Origin: Chrysomallon squamiferum
Lineage: Eukaryota; Animalia; Mollusca
NCBI GenBank assembly: GCA_012295275.1
Contig: CM022671.1
Span: forward strand, 20,646,001 to 20,710,000
DNA length: 64,000 bases
Reading direction: 5' to 3'
A program made the position numbers and the translations under genes. This document shows positions 25,463-39,730 of the stretch, one piece after another; the first letter of the stretch is position 1, and each line of letters opens with the position of its first letter. The notes under the pieces were generated by a model. The model had not been told where the DNA came from. It was given only the letters and a program-made list of their open reading frames with translations, and ran no database searches.

Positions 25463-25918
25463 AATAAAAATAATAATAATAATAAAAATAAAAAAGTTAG
25501 AGGATTTAAAAATAAGAAAGAAAATTTGTTTTGCAAATATTATGGAATTCTATCTAACAGAATTTTAATAATTTTTTAAAAATCATTTTTGTTGATCACA
25601 CCAAATTAAAGCCATCTTTTTAGAGTTACTAATACTCCAACCTAAGATTTTCTAAAGACTTTTACTCAGTTATAAAAAGTACAAAATTAAAATATTTGAT
25701 TAAGCTGTTTTCTATCCAGATGTGAAATCATTTTATTCTGAATATCCTTTTTGTTGAGAAATTCATCGATGGCTAAAACACATTCATTACATATTTGTTT
25801 TCAGTCCTAATCCTTTAACAAGGAGTATCCCAGTGCACCCATTCTGGTGATTCATGTGTCAAGTATGAATAAGGAAAAGAACAGTTCGAAAGCTGTGGGA
25901 TACGATTTATTGTTGAAA

Positions 25919-28900
25919 GAGATTTATTCTTGTCATTTTTACAAGTGTATACAGTTATCGAGCTGATGCTCATGTTTTTCTAACATCTATCACAGTTAAA
26001 TGATATTTGACTCACACAATATATTTTGCTGTAATAGAAGAATAGCCTGGTATATTGTGTAAAAAGTTCGTTTCAAAACAGATGTATGTATACTTACTGG
26101 CGTAGGCTGCTTGTGTCATGTGTTTTAGGTAAACTAATATGAAACTAATTTAAATTTAAAAATTAATGAATACAGACACCTACTCAGCGTATGGACGCAC
26201 AAACACCACTTTAAAAAAATCGTGCCTTATACATGTATGTAATTACCACGTGTCTATGTACGTATGCAATGTATATTATTTAAGTACGTACATTTATGTT
26301 TCTATTTAGAATTACTGGATAGTCATAAAACAAATATACATACACACATACATACATATATACATTCATTGTACAAAAACTATTTTATACTTGTACAGCT
26401 ACAACAGAATAAACTATTTTTATTACTTCAGTGTTCTAGTTTTATATTAACAGCGTTATAGCTTGGCTGACAGGAGCACGAGATCTGTCCACTACATACA
26501 TCTAGTATATAAATGTTATAACAGCCTTTAGTACACACAATTGCGTCATTTTGTTCTGAGAATGGGTTATACGTTGCGTCACAATGACTATGTATGTAAG
26601 TGTCGCCATACACGTATGACGCGCCTTGTTGGTATTTTTCTTTGTAGATGTTTTTAAAATTTAGTGGCTTCTTTCTTTTTTCGTTGAAGAGATAAAATAG
26701 ACGTCTAAGATAAGTAAATTATAATAATAGAGAGATTTAGCATAGACGTTATCCGTTCTCATATCTTATTACATACAATCGTAACGGTACGGGTTAGGCA
26801 CGTAACTCGCTTTCAGTTTATTTTCCACGTGAAGCACAAAGCACGTATCGAAATAGTCCAAGGAAGGGAAATAACTATAGCTCTGAAAACGTTTTATTTG
26901 GTTGTATGATATACGTATTTTTGGTTTGAACATGTATAAGATATTAAATGTTTATGATGCCAAATGACCGAAATCGACACAGGTTCTCCATAGATTTTGT
27001 AAGAAAAATACAGGCAAATTTTATTCAGATGAAAAAAATTACGAATTTTTATTGCTGTTTCTGATGATGTATAATTTTATTGCAAAATTATGTTTGTGAA
27101 AATACTGACACATTCCAATTATTTGTGATTTACTTCTCATGCAACAATACACACTGAACTATCGAATGGCCAATATTACTGCATAGTCATAACACAAACA
27201 TACACACACACACAAACATACATATATACATTCATTGTACAAGAACTATTTTATACTTGTACAGCTACAACTGAATAAACTATTTTTATTACTTCAGTGT
27301 TCTAGTTTTATATTAACAGCGTTATAGCTTGGCTGACAGGAGCACGAGATCTGTCCACTACATACATCTAGTATATAAATGTTATAACAGCCTTTAGTAC
27401 ACACCATTACGTCATTTTGTTCTAAGCACAGATGGGTTATACGTTGCGTCACAATGGCTATGTATGTAAGTGTCGCCATACGTGTGTGATGCATCTCGTT
27501 GGTATATTTCCTTTGTAGATGTTTTAAAATTTAGTGGCTTCTTTCTTTTTTTCGTTGAAGAGATAAAATAGACGTCAAAGATAAGTAAATTATAATAATA
27601 GAGAGATTTAGCATAGACGTTATCCGTTCACATATCACGTTATCTTATTACATACAATCTTTACGGTACGGGTCATGGACATAACTCGCCTTCACTTTAG
27701 TTTCCATGTAAAGCACAAAGCACTTTTCGAAATAGTCCAAGGAAGGGAAATAACTATAGCTCTGAAAAAGTTTTATTTGGTTGTATGATATACGTATTTT
27801 TGGTTTGAACATGTATAAAATATTGAATGTTTATGATGCCAAATGACCGAAATCGACACAGGTTCTCCACAGATTTTGAAAGAAAAATACAGGCAAATTT
27901 TATTCAGATGAAAACAATTACGAATTTTTATTGCTGTTTCTGATGATGTATAATTTTATTGGAAAATAATGTTTGTGAAAATATTGACACATTCCAATTA
28001 TTTGCGATTTACTTTTCATGCAACATACACACTGAACTATCAAATGGCCAGTATTTTCGTTTGCGAACAAATAAATGTTTTGTCTATTTCTCAGCAAGAA
28101 CCAAAACAACATCTTAAGGCAATATAAGGTTCAACAACGTTAATTTATTACTTTTCAAGTACATATCAGTTTGAATTTAGCACCCGAAATCGTTATCTCG
28201 TTCAGCCAGCGGTACAATGGTACGTAACTCCAACGACTGCTTTTTGGAGAGAAGGGGTTCTGACTTTACCGATCATTTATGTGAAAACCATGCGAGAAAA
28301 TGCAACAGAAAAAGCACTAATCTGTTGGAAGATAATTAAGATTAACCCATTATAATGTTTCCAAAAATCGCTAAAATAATTCAGTGCTTAGAAATCTGTC
28401 CTGAGATCCTGTTTGACATACAATAAAATCTTGGCGGTGATCTATTAAGACTATATCCCGATCCAGCCACAAATGGTTTATCAAAGGCTTTGCTATATTT
28501 ACCTACCTATTAGAAAGTGAAGATAAAATTATCCTTTTCAGCTAATCGAAAAAGATATTCTATGTAAGATATCGTGTAAGTTAAGATTGATATATTTTGA
28601 GTACATTGTTAGAAACATATTTATTCCTTATGTGCAGTTTAAATAAATAAAATAAATACAAATCAAAAGGTTCATTTAAAAAATTATTTTTCTCTCTTAT
28701 TTGTTATTCAGATTTTTCTAATAACTTTATTAATTTAACCAGAATATTGAAACATTGCTTTCTAAATGTGATAATATGCATGAAGAAGATAATGAGCAAT
28801 AAAAATAAAGACGACCAAGTTAATTATAGCTGAATAGGTTATGCGACAACGCCATAAACGTCTTACAATAATAGTATGTTAGACAGCAGCTTGAGGTGTT

Positions 28901-31900
28901 TTAGAAGAACAAAAAAGTGATATGTAATTATAATGTGATATATAATTATAATGTGATATATAATTATAAGTTTCTCCAGGCAGGATGAAATAACCGCTTA
29001 ACAGAAGATATGTCGTTCAATAGTCAATTGGGATGTTTAATATGAGATATGTTCTACAACAGTTTATAAGCGATATATTGTACAGTAGTCTGCTTATACG
29101 AGATATATTCTTCAATCATGTATAAGTGATATATTCAAAGTTAGTTCATTTCGCATATATTCTATAATAGTTTATACGAGATGAATTTAAATTAGTTTAT
29201 ATGGAATATATTCTACAATAATTATTATTCTATATAGTTTAGAGTGGTTTATTTAGGATATATCAAACTTTATTTGAACGTTGTAAAAATTTTAAATTTT
29301 ACACATATTCTGAATCTTTTGGAATTAATTACTTTCTGACAATGGTGATCCTTCTTATGCTTATATTATTAAACTTAATTCATTTCTACGAAATTCATGC
29401 AAATCTTATTTACTTAATAATCCATTATTTAATTTATTTATTCATTTATTGATTTATTTAATATAAATTTCGCTTTAAGGATATTAACAAACATTAAGTA
29501 GTTAACGTCGTATTAAAAATAAAAGGAGTAATGTCTAATTTGATTTACAAAATTCACAAAATAAAAATAATGGTGTAGTCTTAGACTAGGAAATAAAGAA
29601 AAATGTTAATAGATTTAGATTTTATAGAAATGCACACAATATATGACTCTCTTCTAATAAGAACAAGGATCACCTTAAATAATGAAAACTAAAACATTTC
29701 AGAGATAAACAGTTGAACTTTTTATAATTATTTTTCACGCAGGTTTTCAGGTTGTCATCATACACGTAGTTTTGATAACATTTTCCTTCATAGACTGTTC
29801 TGTTGTTTACGCACACGAGATTTGTTCTTGTCATTTTTACAAGTGTATACAGTTACCGAGCTGATGCTCATGTTTTTCTAACATCTATCACAGTTAACTG
29901 ATATTTGACTCACACAATATATTTTGCTGTAATAGAAGAATAGCCTGGTATATTGTGTAAAAAGTTCGTTTCAAAACTGATGTATGTATACTTACTGGCG
30001 TAGGCTGCTTGTGCCAAGTGTTTTAGGTAAACTAATATGAAACTAATTTAAATTTAAAAATTAATGAATACAGACACCTACTCAGCGTATGGACGCACAA
30101 ACACCACTTTAAAAAAATGTGTGCCTTATATATGTATGTAATTACCACGTGTCTATGTACGTATGCAATGTATATTATTTAAGTACGTACATTTATGTTT
30201 CTATTTAGAATTACTGGATAGTCATAAAACAAATATACATACACACAAACATACACATATACATTCATTGTACAAAAACTATTTTATACTTCTACAGCTG
30301 CAACAGAAAAAATATTTTTATTACTTCAGTGTTCTAGTTTTATATTAACAGCGTTATAGCTTGGCTGACAGGAGCACGAGATCTGTCCACTACATACATC
30401 TAGTACATAAATGTTATAACACCCTTTAGTACACACCATTACGTCATTTTGTTCTAAGCACAGATGGGTTATACGTTGCGTCACAATGGGTATGTATGTG
30501 AGTGTCGCCATACGTGTATGATGCACCTCGTTGGTATTTTTACTTTGTAGATGTTTTAAAATTTAGTGGCTTCTTTCTTGTTTTCGTTGAAGAGATAACA
30601 TAGACGTCAAAGATAAGAAAATTATAATAATAGAGAGATTTAGCATAGACGTTATCCGTTCTCATATCTTATTACATACAATCCTAACGGTACAGGTTAG
30701 GCACGTAACTCGCTTTCAGTTTAGTTTCCACGTAAAGCACAAAGCACGAATCGAAATAGTCCAAGGAAGGGAAATAACTATAGCTCTGAAAACGTTTCAT
30801 TTGGTTGTATGATACACGTATTTTTGGTTTGAACATGTATAAGATATTAAATGTTTATGATGCCAAATGACCGAAATCGACACAGGTTCTCCGTAGATTT
30901 TGAAAGAAAAATACAGGGAAATTTTATTCAGATGGAAACAGTAACGAATTTTTGTTGCTGTTTTTGATGATGTATAATTTTATTGAAAATTATGTTTGTG
31001 AAAATATTGACACATTCCAATTATTTGTAATTAGCTTCTTATGCAGTATAGTACATACACAGAATTATGGAATGGCCAATATTTTCGTTTGGAACAAATA
31101 AATGATATATCTATTTCTCAGCAAGAACCAAATCAACAACGTTAATTTATTACTTTTCAAGCACATATCAGTTTGAATTTAGCACCCGAAATCGTAATCT
31201 CGTTCAGCCAGCGGTACAATGGTACGTAACTCCAACGACCGGTTGCTTGGAGAGAAGGGGGTCTGACTTTACCGATCATTTATGTGAAAACCATGCGAGA
31301 AAATGCAACAGAAAAAGCACTAATCTGTTCTGTTCGAAGATAATTAAGATTAACCCTTTATAATGTTTCCAAAAATCGCTAAAATAATTCAGTACTTAGA
31401 AATCTGTCCTGAGATCCGGATTGTCGTAGAATAAAATCTTGTCGGTGATCCATTCAGACTATATCCCGATCCAGCCACAAGTAGTTTATCAAAGGCTTTG
31501 CTATATTTACCTACCTATTAGAAAGTGAAGATAAAATTATCTTTTTCAGCTAATCGAAAAAGACATTATATGTATGATATCGTGTAAGTGAAGATTGATA
31601 TATTTTGAGTACATTGTTAGAAACATATTTATTCCTTCCTTCCTAACATGCAGTTTAAATAAATAAAGTAAATACAAATCAAAAGGTTCATTTAAAAAAT
31701 TATTTTTCTCTCTTATTTGTTATTCAGATTTTTATTTTACTTTATTAATTTAATTGAAACATTGCTATCTAAATGTGATAATATGCACGAAGAAGAAAAT
31801 GAGCAATAAAAATAAAGACGACCAAGTTAATTATAGCTGAATAGGTTATTTTATCATTTTTAAAATTTAAAATTGTACATATACTCTGAATCATTTGGAA

Positions 31901-32930
31901 GTGATTATTTTCTGACAGTACTGATTCTTCTTTTGCTTCTATTATTAAACTTAATTAATTTATACGAAATTCTTAAACGTCTTATAATAATAGTATGTTA
32001 GACAGCAGCAAGAGCTGTTTTAGAAGAACAAAAAAGTGATATATAATTATAAGTTTCTCCAGGCTGGACGAAATAACCGGTTAACAGAAGATATGTCGTT
32101 CAGTAGTCAATTGGGATGTTTAATATGAGATATGTTCTACAACAGTTTATAAGCGATATATTGTACAGTAGTCTGCTTATACGAGATATATTCTTCAATC
32201 ATGTATAAGTGATATATTCAAAGTTAGTTGATTTGGCATATATTCTACAACAGTTTATATGCGACATATTCTACGAGATAAATTTATATTAGTTTATATG
32301 GGATATATTCTACAATAATTATTATTCTATATAGTTCAGAGTGGTTTATTTAGGATATATCAAACTTTATTTGAACGTTGTAAAAATTTTAAATTTTACA
32401 CATGCTCTGAATCATTTGGAATTGATTATTTTCTGACAATGGTGATTCTTCTTATGCTTATATTATTAAACTTAATTCATTTCTACGAAATTCATGCAAA
32501 TCTTATTTACTTAATAATACATTAATTAATTTATTTATTCATTTATTGATTTGTTTAATATAACTTTGCTTTAAGGATATTAACAAACATTAAGTAGTTA
32601 ACGTCGTATTAAAAATAAAAGGAGTAATGTCTAATTTGATTTACAAAATTCACAAAATAAAAATAATGGTATAGTCTTAGACTAGGAAGTAAAAAAAAAC
32701 TACTTAGTAGATTTTAAATTTTATAGAAATACACAAAATTTATCATTATCTTCTAATAAGAACAAGGATCACCTTAAATAATGAAAACTGAAACATTTCA
32801 GAGATAAACAGTTGAACTTTTATTAATTCTTTTTCACGCAGGTTTTCAGGTTGTCATCATACAGGTAGTAATAACCATTGTTTTCTTTACACATTCCTTG
32901 ATAGACGGTTCTGTTGTTTTTGCACACGAC
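25919..32930 (+). repeat. Tandem duplication: 25919-29817 and 29817-~32930, with an internal ~866-bp tandem repeat (~26310-27180 / 27180-28060)
   Basis: gagattt(a/g)ttcttgtcatttttacaagtg starts both units; the block acttcagtgttctagttttatattaacagcg occurs at 26425, 27291 and ~30323. Confidence 0.9.
29723..29817 (-). pseudogene. Fragment H: degenerate 3' end of exon 3 at a duplication breakpoint
   Basis: Reverse complement gives VCVNNRTVYEG...YVYDDNLKTCVKNN with indels; cut at 29817 where the next repeat unit starts. Confidence 0.8.
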
Positions 32931-33940
32931 GAAATAAGGAGAATTCTTGCGATACTGATAAGTGTTGAGTCCGTCGGGCAGACCCTTACATGCTGGGTGG
33001 TAGACATAACATGGGATACAGCGAAAACACTGATTAGTGCTGTAGTCACCTGAAAGACAACAAAGACGAAAAATAAACAAGTGAAATCTTAGTAACTGAA
33101 CCGTAAACTTTATCTCCTTTGTTTAATAATGAAGAGTATAACAGTTACAAATGATTAAACAATCACTGTGTTCCAAAATTTTAAATTCAAAAGAGTAAAG
33201 AAAATATTCAAAGAGATACATACTAAAGACTCTCTGAGTCTGTCATCGATATGAAATGTTTACTGAAACATAAACTCAAGATTATTGACAAAACTGATAC
33301 ATATGTAACACTAACAATAAGAAACAGGTTCCCAACGTTTGCCACAGTCCACCATGCTGTAATGTTCACATCTTTTAGTCTTGGTGTTGTACAGCTGCTC
33401 AAATGGACATTCCTTGGGGTAATTTTGCCACCATTTGTCGCCGCAGTCGTAGTACTGAGCGCAGTTGGTCGGATTAGGGATGATGTCTTTGGATCCTGGC
33501 TTGCATATGTCATCAGTTCCTAAGATTGAAATATATAAATATTTTCACAACGATAAATTATATAAACGCAATAACGGTTTGTATTTTAGTCAGCATTAAT
33601 TTCTTACTTGAAATTATTTAGTGCGCAGGTAAATTGCAAGTTCAGGAAGGAATAGGAAATGTTTATTTAACAAGCTAACTGTGATCTCTTTGTCAATAAT
33701 GGCGAAATAATTTATATAATGAAATTGTAACTTACCGTTGAACTTCAAATATATCTAACTTACACATACTGTATGTAACTATTGGGTCACTGAAGTCTGA
33801 GATAACAGCATTAAATAAAATAAAACATTTTACTCACGCTTGTCAGTTCTTAGTCTCTCATTTGTGCTGACGTAGTTCGGATCCGGATCAGCTACAGCAG
33901 CGATAACGTAAACGGTAATAACGATCAACTCCAACTTCAT
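32823..33940 (-). CDS. Gene I: secreted chitin-binding protein, short type, 177 aa
   Basis: Exons 33940-33838 (MKLELIVITVYVIAAVADPDPNYVSTNERLRTDK|R), 33519-33316 and 33049-32823; same phases and lengths as F, open frame. Confidence 0.9.
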
Positions 33941-33999
33941 AATGACAGACAATTTCTTCTTCTAAAAATAATTAAATAAATTCTGATAATTTTGTTAAA

Positions 34000-35371
34000 T
34001 AAAATATGAATGTTTTACACATGCTAAAGATGTATAATTTTAATCTTCTTCGGATTTCAAAAATAAATAACATTCGTTAATATCTTACCTCTTTGTTAAT
34101 TGTTTTGTCTTAAAAATTAAGTAATAATAAAAGTTAGTGTGTAATGAATTATTATTCCTTTTGACTCGTGGGTTCCTGAAAATGGTTTTTAATGAACAAA
34201 TTTCTGCAGTCAAACTTCGTCACTCAGTCTTTCTGAAATTCCTTCCGGTGTTTATAAAGCATTTGATACCAGCAAAATTTGAAAAAAATAATTTCACAAT
34301 CGTTTCTCATTGCTCGATTATCCAGATTATTAAAACTTAAAATATGTGGTTTTTAATGTGCATTTCTGGATAGATAAGTAAGTAGAAAACAAATCGAAAT
34401 GTTAAATCAACTTACAAAAGAAAATACAACAGGAAAAAAAATACCCAACCAGAACAACAATCATATATATAATTAAAAGAAAAAAGAGATACACACGAGA
34501 GGAAAAACAAATCTTACCGTTTATGCCAGATGAAGATAGAACTGTAATATAAAAATCTGTTTGTAAATTTTTTTTTTATACCTTTCCACTAATGCATCTG
34601 TGACATTTTTTATATATTTCAACAGCAATTTGAATCCTCGTAACTTCGACTGGTAAGTGTTCCAGACAACAGATGAAGCTTTAACAGTAAAGTTAAACTA
34701 AATCTCTAAATCGATATACATATCATGCTTCATTTTCAGACAAAGTTATTTGCACGTATGTAAAATTTAATTTTATAAAAATGTTAGAAAGGATTCTGAA
34801 AAAACACTCCTACAAGTTGATGTCGCTGTGGAGAATCTTGCAGTCTGTCAACCAGTCTGGAGACAAATAAACATTTGTCAATAAAATTATCACTAATTAC
34901 ATAACACACTTATGTAGTTATTACTATTTCTGTTTTTCATCTCTTTGTATATAAAATTTTGAAACGCTAAGTTATTATTCACCCGGTAAACTTGAATTAT
35001 GAAGTTTTAAAAAGTGGAATGTGAAACTGTTTCGTAATTCTAAACAAAAGTTTAATAATTCTTTTCTTATTTATTCTTAGTCTTTTTCACCTTGGATATA
35101 AGATCATTCATTTCTTAAAACTATTTAATAACGCAAATATAAAGTAGCAAACATTTTTGTTGGGTAATTCTATGAACTTGTCTATTAATAAGGAATATCA
35201 CATGGTGGACTCTAGATCAAGCCTGGATAAGGGAAAAAGAGTAATCGTAATCAAAGTTGATGCACACGTCTACCTGACTCCTATGACAGTAATCTGATAT
35301 TTAACTTAAGCAAAAATCTTTCTGTAGCTGAAGTGCCAGATTGTAGTGCGTTCGCATTAAAACTGATGTTT

Positions 35372-35423
<52 letters not shown>

Positions 35424-35941
35424 ACAGACACAGAAAAAGAAAGAGAGATAATGAGAGAGAAAGAAAAAGCTAGCATTAACTGAATAACTCACAGAGATTT
35501 GTTTATATTGTTTATAAAATCTATTTTCTATACTGTTTTGTTTTCTAATGTGTCTCTTCGAATTTCTGTTGTTTTGTTTTTGTTTTTTAGTTGGAGCTTT
35601 AATTATATATGCAATTATGTAATTATGTATGTATGTGTGTGTATGTATGAATGAATGTATGTACGTTCGTATGTATAATTACATGTCCAAGTGTGTGTGT
35701 GTGTGTCTGTCTGTCTGATAGATAGAGAGATAGATAGATAGATAGAAATATTGACAGGTTAATGTTTTTCATGTATAGTATTTGTCTACTCTCCCTCTCT
35801 CTCTGTGCAGCTGCACATGTCATACCTTAATTATTTAAAATAACAGTTCTCAGGAATTATTTAGTGTCCCTAATGCAACACTTCTATTATACAAGTATGT
35901 CGTTGTTGTTGAAATACTAATGCTGATATATAAAAATACAC

Positions 35942-35973
<32 letters not shown>

Positions 35974-36143
35974 GTGTGTGTGCAAACATCAGTTTTAATG
36001 CGAACGCACTACAATCTGGCACTTCAGCTACAGAAAGAGTTTTGCTTAAGTTAAATATCAGATTACTGTCATAGGTGTTAGGTAGACATGTGCATCAACT
36101 TTTTTATAGCTTAGAAATCAATAAACCTAATATTATTCCGATT

Positions 36144-36240
<97 letters not shown>

Positions 36241-36991
36241 ATAATCATATTAGAAAACGGAGGAAGCTAGTTTCATTTGTTATCTACGTTGAATACAAAT
36301 CGTGTTTAATACCTAATATTATTAAACACACCCCACACCCACACCCACATCGACACACGCACACGCACGCACGCTTTCATAGACGTTAATATAAAATAAA
36401 TTAAAAACTGAGTGTGTTTTACGTGTGTGTATATCTGTGTGTGTGTGTGGGTTAGTCCGATCGGATTGATATCAGGTTTATTGATTTCTAAGCAATAAAA
36501 TAATATCGCTGTTTTTATCAAACCTTCTCTTACACTTATTATTCGTCTCTGTCTGTCTGTATGTATATGTGTGTGTCTGTATGTATATGTGTGTGTCTAA
36601 GTGTGTGTGTGTGTGTGTGAGTGTTATAGGAGGTTGTAGGAACAGCCTATATTATACACCTACAGGAAAATATAGTTTATACAATGACTGTATATTAGGT
36701 TTGGTTTGTTATATTTACTTTGCTGAGACGTTAAAATTCATGAATTCTTTTTTTCGTTAAACAGAGAATAGAGGCGCCGACGCATATGTAAAATCAGTAA
36801 ACCCACCAAATATATATATATATCAATATATATCTATCTATCTATCTATCTATCTATCCATCTATATTATAAATATTATAAAAGAAAAGAAAAGAAAGAA
36901 AAAAGTAAGAAGACTTAAATAAAAAGTATAAGGAATACAAAATTAAGTAAATATATAATTGGGTAAGTAAATAAGTAAGTAAGTATAATGA

Positions 36992-37022
<31 letters not shown>

Positions 37023-37571
37023 GCAAAAGACGACGATAAGAAAAAAGAAAAAAAACAAGAAAAAAAAAAATAACAACAACAAACAAACAAAAAATAACAC
37101 AATAAAAAAACCAAAATTAACTTTTGAAAAAAAAAGTGAGTTTCTAATTCTGTCAATAAAATTATGCGGTATTCTTTATTCCTTCGATCAAATCATCTTT
37201 TACTCTCTCTCTCTGTGAAACTGTTTCGTAATTCTAAACATAAGTTTAATAATTCTTTTCTTATTTATTCTTCGTCTTTTACACCTTGGATATAAGGTCA
37301 CTTTTTTCTGAAAATATTTAATGACGCAAATATAAAGTAGCAAACATTTTTGTTGAGTAATTCTATGACCTTTTCTATTAAGAAGGAATATCATATGACT
37401 GACCCTAGATCGAGCGTGGATAAGGAAAAACGAATTCGAAAGGGTATACCGTGATGAAAACTGATGCACGTTTACCTAACACTTGTGATGGTAATCTGAT
37501 ATGTAACTTTCTGTAGCTGAAGTAGCAGATTGTAGTGAGTTCGTTTTGAAACTGATGTTTGTACACACACG

Positions 37572-37612
<41 letters not shown>

Positions 37613-37968
37613 ACACAAACAGACAGAGATAAAAAATAGAGAGCCAGAAAGAAAGAGAAAGAATGAAAGAGAGAGAAAGAGAGAGCATTTTAACTGCATG
37701 GAAATACAAACAGAATTCACATAGATTTGTTTGTTTTGTTTGTTTTGTTTATAAAATCTGTTTTGTTTATTGATTTCTTTTCTAGTGCGTCTCTTCAAAT
37801 GTCTATTTAATATTTTTCTTTTCTTTTCTTTTTTACTTGGAGCTTTAATTATGTATGTATATACCTATGTATGTATATATGTATGTATTTATTTATGTAT
37901 GTATGTATGTATGTATGTATGTATGTATGTATGTATGTATGTATAATTACATGGCATGTGTCTGGGCA

Positions 37969-37999
<31 letters not shown>

Positions 38000-38238
38000 G
38001 CGTTAGTGATAGATATATAGATAGATAGATAAACAGATAGATACATGTTTTAAATGTATATACTGTGCTGACTCTCTATACAGCTACATATATCTCTCCT
38101 AATGTCTTTCTGTCTATCGGTCTCTCTCTCTCTCTGCGCTCTCTGTCTCTCTCCCTAGTTCTTTGTTATATTTCTCTATCTTTATGTGTATATAGATGTG
38201 TGTGTCTATGTATATATGTATGTATGTATATATGTATG

Positions 38239-38321
<83 letters not shown>

Positions 38322-38821
38322 CAGACAGATAAATATACACACATATCTACATACACGTATGTGAAAAACACATACATATATACAAATATTTCAAATAAAA
38401 TTTAATGGAGGTTAAATATTTATATGAATATTTATGCATTAGATATTAAAACAAATAAAAGGCATACTACATTTTTCATCGCTTAATTTCTTCAGGCTTA
38501 TTGCTGAGATGCACTTATCAAAAAAAATAAAATAATAATAAAATAAAATATGCTTCGCATTCATTTAAAAACCCATTGACTTGAGGAGTGGTGTAGTATA
38601 TATCTGCATGATCAGTTTTCTCTCAAACAAAGATGAGATAGATAGATAATTAGTTTAAAGATGGAAGACGTGTTTTTAATACTTTACAATCACGGTATAT
38701 AATTTACATAATATGAAGCAATGAAATATTTTTCATATAACACACTTTCTTAGCATGATTTTGTCTGTCGTTTGTATAAATATGACCCACTGTAGCATTA
38801 ATAAAACAAAATATATAGATA

Positions 38822-38870
<49 letters not shown>

Positions 38871-39149
38871 TTTGTTGCTCATTAAGTTAATGTGTTTTTA
38901 ATATTACTCTTTGAAATGCTTGAGTAATCAACTGTTATTAAAAACCCAGAGTTTGAATAAATAAAATGAAAAGAAAAAAGAAAAAAAAAAAAAATTTAAT
39001 ACTGTTAACAATAGAGATATGGTTCGCTAGTTTAGTGTGATAAGCTTTTGATATTTTCGTATGATTTTGACATCAGATTGTCTAGTTATTATTTTCACTA
39101 ACCTGTGAAATTGATCGATTCAGCATAATATTGTATAGATATATAAATT

Positions 39150-39236
<87 letters not shown>

Positions 39237-39730
39237 TGTTTCGATACTCATATAGATATTAATTTATCCTTAATCCGTTTGGAAAGTGTATGTGTGTGTG
39301 TGTGTGTTTGTGTGTGTTAGTGTTGATAGTTGTATGTGAATATTTGCATGCATTTGTCAGTGTGTACTAGTGTATGTTTATAATACTACGCATGAATTTA
39401 AATATAGGAAATCCAAACAATTTTATTTATCTAAAAGCAGGTAATAACATTTTTACAGTGTAGTTCACTGAATATATCACCAACTAAAATAAAATCATAC
39501 ACAGAAGGATACCATGGATAAAAGTATATACTAAACTACTGAAGGCAATAATTAATATCTAGAAGATAAAAAAAACAAAGATATTAGACATACTGGGTAC
39601 AAAATTAAATTATTACTTTTTAAAGCTGTCTCCATTTTCCGAAATAATGGATCCACTCTCGTTAGGTACATAAATAACATTCACTGTATACCAACTTTTT
39701 AATAACTACAGATTATTACTCTTCTATCTT
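34000..39730 (+). repeat. Duplicate(s) of the 18.4-22.9 kb intergenic block (part of it present twice: ~35020-35700 and ~37215-37980)
   Basis: Collinear matches, e.g. gtgaaact.tttc.taattctaaac at ~19506, ~35021 and ~37215; gacttgaggagtggtgta at ~21700 and ~38578. Confidence 0.85.

Noticed and set aside
26428-27494. Repeated Cys-containing ORFs (..VCTKGCYNIYILDVCSGQISCSCQPSY..), also at 30326-30526
   Set aside because: They lie in duplicated intergenic DNA, copies differ by frameshifts, and there is no signal peptide or convincing splice structure.
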